Positions 21,484 through 26,813 of a stretch of 26,813 nt of DNA are shown piece by piece. Position 1 is the first letter of the stretch. Every line of letters starts with the position of its first letter. Source of the DNA: Paecilomyces variotii (Eukaryota); NCBI GenBank assembly GCA_004022145.1, contig RCNU01000009.1. One strand, given 5' to 3'. Position numbers and translations under genes: made by a program. The notes beneath the pieces were generated by a model. That model searched no databases. It had not been told where the DNA came from and was given only the letters and a program-made list of their open reading frames with translations.

Positions 21484-24400
21484 TTTTTATAGCTCTTAAT
21501 TATAGTAAAGAGCTTTACTTAAATTATAGGATTAATCTATTAAACTCTTCTTATAAATATATTAAAGATATTTTTTAAGCTTATAATTAGAATAATTATT
21601 AAAAATATATATAGGATAATAATATATTAATTTATAAGCCTAGATAAAGAAGTAATTTTAAGAATAAGGTCTTAATATACTATAAATAGCTATTCTTATA
21701 TCTTAGCCTTTATAATATTAAGAGTTTAGTAATTCTTCTAGATCTTAATATATTATAAGAGAAAAATATACTTAATATATATAATAGGCTTTGTTAATTT
21801 ATATAATAGTATAAAATATATAATATAAGTATTAAATATATAATATACCTTATTAGTTTAATCTATATTAAAGTCTTAGACATTTTAGTATATAAATATC
21901 TAGTTATTTATATAATAAATAAAGCTAGCTAATATTAGTCTATACTCTTAAATATAAGGTTATTATTTTTTAAGTTTCTAATATATATTTAAGAATATTT
22001 ATATATAGTTTCTTATGTTTTTATAATTAAGAAATATATTACTTTAAATTATTATAGAACTATAGCTATGCTAAATTAAGTTTAAAATATTTATATTAAT
22101 ATATTAAAAGAAGATAAAATCTTTAAGTTTTATATATTTTATATAATAAGAATAAGTAATTAAATACTAGTTTTTATTTAGCTAATATATAATATACTAT
22201 AAATAATAAATAAAGTCTTAATATATAATCTGCTATATAATAGAGTAATATATAGCTTATAGTTATTCTAAGTTATTTTAACTATTTACCTTATGCTAAT
22301 AGTATATATATATATTAAACTTTTTATAAGCAATTAAAGAGATAAATAGCTAATTAATATATATAAAACTTATTAAAATTTTCTTTTATTAGAATATTAA
22401 TCTTAAAATAATAAATAAATTAGAAATTACCTATTTTTATTTTATAAAACTAGCTTTTAGCTCTTTTTACTATAAATATAATAAGATATTAATTATATTT
22501 ACTAAGAACTCTTAATCTAAGTCTTAATATTCTTAAGTAATTAATACTATTATCTATACTAAAGTATATTAATAGATATTTAAAATATCTTTAGATTAAA
22601 TAAGATAAGAGTTTTAATAAAACTAATAATAATAAAAAATATAAAAATCTCTAAGTTAATAATAATAATTATAGAGATTTTTAATATATATATAAATAAG
22701 CTAGTTATAATTTAGGCTATAAGTCTATATTTTAGCTTTTAAAGTTAAGAGCTTTATATATATAAAATAGATATATTTATTTAATATAATAAGAGTAGCC
22801 TTTATTTATTCTATAAGTTTTATAAGCTTAATATTTAAGATCTTAGCTCTCTTACTAATTTTTTAATAAATACTTTTAAATAAATCTTAATATCTATATT
22901 TTATTTTAAATATTTAAGATACTTTTAAAAGAGTCTTATTTATATTATTAAAATTATTAAGAATATCTATAGACTTAGTAATAGATTATTTTATTATAAT
23001 AATAATAGTAATAATATTTTAGCGCTTATATAGTATTAGAAAAAGAGAGCTTAGTTTTAATTAGCTAGGGGATTTTATAAGTAATAATTTATAAAATCTT
23101 AATAAATTAAGAGTCTTACTAATTTTAGATAAAATAGATAAAATTAATAATATTCTTTAAGGTATAATAATACTATAAGATATAATTATACTTATATAAA
23201 ATAATAAGAAGCTATTACCGCTTTTAACTTAGAGCTTATATATTAAAGATATTAATAATTATAATAAATATATTAGAGATAAAATTACTATAGATAATTT
23301 TAAAGATAAAGAGATTTTTTATAATAAAGATTATAGTTTAATAAGGATAAATAGGCTAAAAAAATTATATTTTATTTATAAGCTTTAGAGCTCTATCTAT
23401 AGGATTAAATAAAGATTTTAAAAAAAAAAGGTTATTAATATTAGCTAGCTATAAGATTTTTTTAAAACTTTTCTCTTTATTAAAATATAAGAGCCTATTA
23501 ATTATAGCCTTATTTAATATATAGATAGTATTTTTAAAAGAATTAATATTTTTTATAAGAATAACTATATATTTAATTATTTATTTAGAATTAATATAAT
23601 ACTATATAAGCTCTATATTCTTAAAGCCTTATTTATTTATAATATTTTTTTTTATATTCTTAATCTATCTCTTCCTATTACTAATTTTTTTATAAGTAGC
23701 CTTAGTATCTTTAAAGTTATTCTAAAATTATTTAGTATTAATAATATATAACTAGGCTTAGAAGGATTTAATATACTCTTATAATTATATAAGGAGATTA
23801 TCTATAGCTTTATAATTCTAATATAATATAACAGCTAGCTAAAGCTAATAGCTATATTAAAGGGTTATTAATTATTAATTAATAAAGCTAATAGCTTTTT
23901 ATAAAGAAAAGAACTAGATATTATTAATTATTAAAATATTATTTTAGCTAGTTAGTATAAGCGCAGGTATAATAAGGTAAGAAATAATCTAATAGTATAA
24001 TATAGTTATAGAAAAGTAAAGTAAAAGAAATAAAATAATAAAAGAAATTATTTAATAAGAAAAAAAAGAATATATTTATTAATAAAATAGCGAGATTTTA
24101 ATCTTTTTTTATTATCTCTAACTAGAGCTAAAATTAATTATAGTCTTCTTAAAATAATAAAGAATAAAAGATAAATTTAATAAGTATTTTATTAAATAAT
24201 AGATAAATAAATAATAACTCTTTAAAATAGTAATAATAGCAGGTATAATAAAATAATTAGCTTAAGGGTTTAAGAAAAGTAAAAAAAAAGAAAGAAAAAT
24301 AAAAACTTAAGATATAAAGAGATATTAAATTTATTATATATAAATTTATTACTTAGAATAAATTCTTAAATAAGAATAACTATTATTATATAGATTTAAG

Positions 24401-24499
24401 CTTTAGCTAATTAAATAATTTTATTAATTAAAATAAGTTAGATTAATAATTATAGCTATATTTTATTTAGGTAAAATTTAATTTTTTATTATAGCTTTA

Positions 24500-25560
24500 A
24501 TATCTATATTACTTAATTTAGCCCTATTATCTTTTTATTTATCTTTAAATATATAATCTATTTTAATAGTATTACTTATTTTAAAGATATTATCTTCTCT
24601 ATTTAAAAAGCTAATAGCCTTATTAAATTTAAGAGTAAAGCCTTTTAATTAATTCTTACTAATAGTTTTATTTAATAATATATTATTTAGCTCTTTAAAA
24701 TAATAAAATCCTAGATCTTATAAAATCTTATATATATAATATAAGCTAAGCTAATAAAAGGCTAGCTTATTTAAATAAGATATATTATTTTTTCTTTATA
24801 TATTATAAAGCAATATTAAAGACTTATTCTTAAGCTCTTTAGTATAAATATTATAATAATTATTAAAATATTCCTTATTTTACTTATATATATACTCTAG
24901 ATATATAGCTATTTCTTTAAGGTCTTAATTATATTATTTTATTTAATAAGCTCTTATAATAAGTAAGTTAATAATAATTTAAATAGTCTTCTATAGAAAT
25001 ATAAACTATATAAAGATTTCTAGATTAATAAATAAAATTACTTTTTAACCTATAAATAAATAATATAAGATTATATTAATACTTATATAAATAGTATAAT
25101 AGTCTATAAATAATATTATAAGTAAGTATTAAAGCTATCTTTTATTAATTCTATTTATTATCTTAAATAATATATCTTTAATAAGATAATATCTTAATTC
25201 TATAATATTATTTAACTGTAAGTAATATAATAAAATAGAGATTTCTTTAATATTATATTTAGTAATAAGAGCTTCTATTAAGGCTTAATTTTCTAGCCTT
25301 TTATTTTTAATAATTTTAAGAGATAAGCTAAAATAATAGAAAATATCTTTTTATAAGAATTTTATAATTATATTTAAAATAGCTATAATAAGAGTATAAG
25401 CTTTTATTTATTTAAATAGGCTATTTTTAAAGATAATAAGAAAATTTTTACTATAATCTAGGAGCATATAGATTATATTAATATAAACCTTAGCCTATAA
25501 TATTAATAGCTATATTAGGTATAATATCTTTTTTTATTTATTTAATTCTTATAGTTAATA
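24500..25560 (-). pseudogene. Possible DUF3723-like gene relic (limits approximate)
   Basis: Same minus frame, in the expected order: APRL** (PGLW, 25465), LTVK, LILFI (LIPSI, 25069), VYI*VK*GIF, LA*LILYIRF (LAWLAxRVGF, 24754). Requires heavy de-RIP interpretation. Confidence 0.3.
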
Positions 25561-26813
25561 TAGGAGATAAATCTTAATATAGTATTTTATATTAAAATAT
25601 AAGCTTAGCTATTAATAATAAGTTATAATTTAATAATTTATACTTTCTTTTTCTCTATAACTATATTCTTTATATATTATATATAAGATTTTCTCTTTAT
25701 TTTTCTTATTATTAATAATCTTATATAAAGATATATTTTTACTTATATAATAAAATAGATATTAATCTTTAATTAAGAATTTTAAGGCTTTCTTTTAAAA
25801 CTATTAAAATTCTCTTATTAATATATTTTAAGGCTTTTTAAAAGTTATTAAATATTTAATAATATGCTTAAATTCTTTAAAATAAGAAGAATTAAAAATA
25901 TAGATTTTTTCCTTAGCTTAAAATATAGTTATATATATAAGTATAATATATATAAAGAAGTAATTTAGCTAGTTTTAAATAAAGTTATTTATATCTTTTT
26001 TAGTATTAGCTTTATTAAAAAATAGTATTTAAGATAGATTATTTACTATAATATACTTCTATTTAAGAATATATTTAATAATAAATTAAATAAGTAAATC
26101 TATATAAGCTAATTAATAATTAAGGTATTAAAGAGATTTATAGCTAATTTATTTAATTATATTACTAGAGTTTAAATATTAATCTTAAGCTTAAAATAAA
26201 TTTTATATAGCTAATAATAAAATTTTTTAAATATTTTTAGAATTATCTTATATTCTCTCTTTTCTATATTATATATTTTTTTTATATTATTTTATATACT
26301 AAACTTATATTTAATAAAATAATACTTATTTTATTATTTTTATATAATAATAGCTTTAAAGCCTTTTTTATTTATATTTATAGCAATAATAATATTAAGT
26401 AAGTCTTAAATATAATTAATAAAGATAATTATTTAGTTATTTATAAAAAGCTATTTAATCTCCTTAAAGATCGCTTACTACTTCTTATTCTAAATTTATT
26501 TTACTCTTATTTAAAGTAAATAATAAAAAGATATTATAATAATTTTATATTATAATATAAGAGCTTTAAAATAAGAAACTAACTTAAAAAATAAATAAAT
26601 TTAATCTATATTAATAAGTATAAGCTATTTTATAACTTTTTAAACCTTTTCTTTATCTATATAATAACTAGAATAATTATATAATTATCTTATTATCTTT
26701 AGACTAGCTATAATAAATTAGAATTTTTTAGTAAATATAATTATTTTAATAAGCTTAAGAAAGTAAAGAATATAATTAAGATTCTAAAAATATTTTATAT
26801 ATATAGGCATATA

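Larger units (their letters stand above)
3650..26813. repeat. AT-rich, RIP-degraded nested transposon block (heterochromatin; possible centromere flank)
   Basis: Abrupt collapse of GC content, near absence of CpA/TpG/CpG, excess TpA, and no intact long ORFs. Paralogous repeat copies differ almost only by C/T and G/A transitions. Confidence 0.92.

Noticed and set aside
14340-21900. Tad1/LINE ORF1 relic split by the TIR element (14340-14843 + 21484-21900)
   Set aside because: Only a vague resemblance; the knuckle-like FNLY*SLRHF is imperfect, the frames do not join, and no endonuclease/RT was recognised downstream.
23963-24251. Repeated gcaggtataataa at ~23963 and ~24239
   Set aside because: A 13-bp match in low-complexity DNA with no extended homology or TSD-like context.
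3650-26813. Mitochondrial insertion or AT-rich contaminant/endosymbiont DNA
   Set aside because: Stops are abundant in all frames, the CpA/TpG loss is RIP-like, and nuclear fungal TE relics are recognisable.
3650-26813. Subtelomere assignment
   Set aside because: No TTAGGG arrays or telomere-linked helicase motifs were seen; position cannot be decided from this window.

Overview
Fungal nuclear DNA, probably an ascomycete of the Eurotiomycete type, spanning a sharp euchromatin/heterochromatin edge. Bases 1-3630 are ordinary gene-rich DNA: the first exon of a probable RPA70 gene (minus strand) with MCB boxes upstream, a complete 6-exon UBP14/USP5 deubiquitinase (742-3384), and an intron-containing tRNA-Leu(CAG) at the boundary. 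From about 3650 to the end is a ~23 kb extremely AT-rich block of nested transposons destroyed by RIP-type C>T/G>A mutation, possibly a centromere flank. By manually reversing RIP I resolve a full-length Ty1/copia (5333-10630), a truncated second copia, a Ty3/gypsy LTR+gag, and a 6.64 kb TIR element (14844-21483). That element carries a spliced MULE-like D-D-CxxH-E transposase, extra ORF relics and a 147-bp tandem repeat. A 41-bp derivative of it, made of its two ends fused through a 10-bp microhomology and flanked by a 9-bp TSD, sits in the second copia. A possible DUF3723 (Starship-associated) relic lies near 25 kb. All de-RIPped protein calls are manual inference, not database hits.
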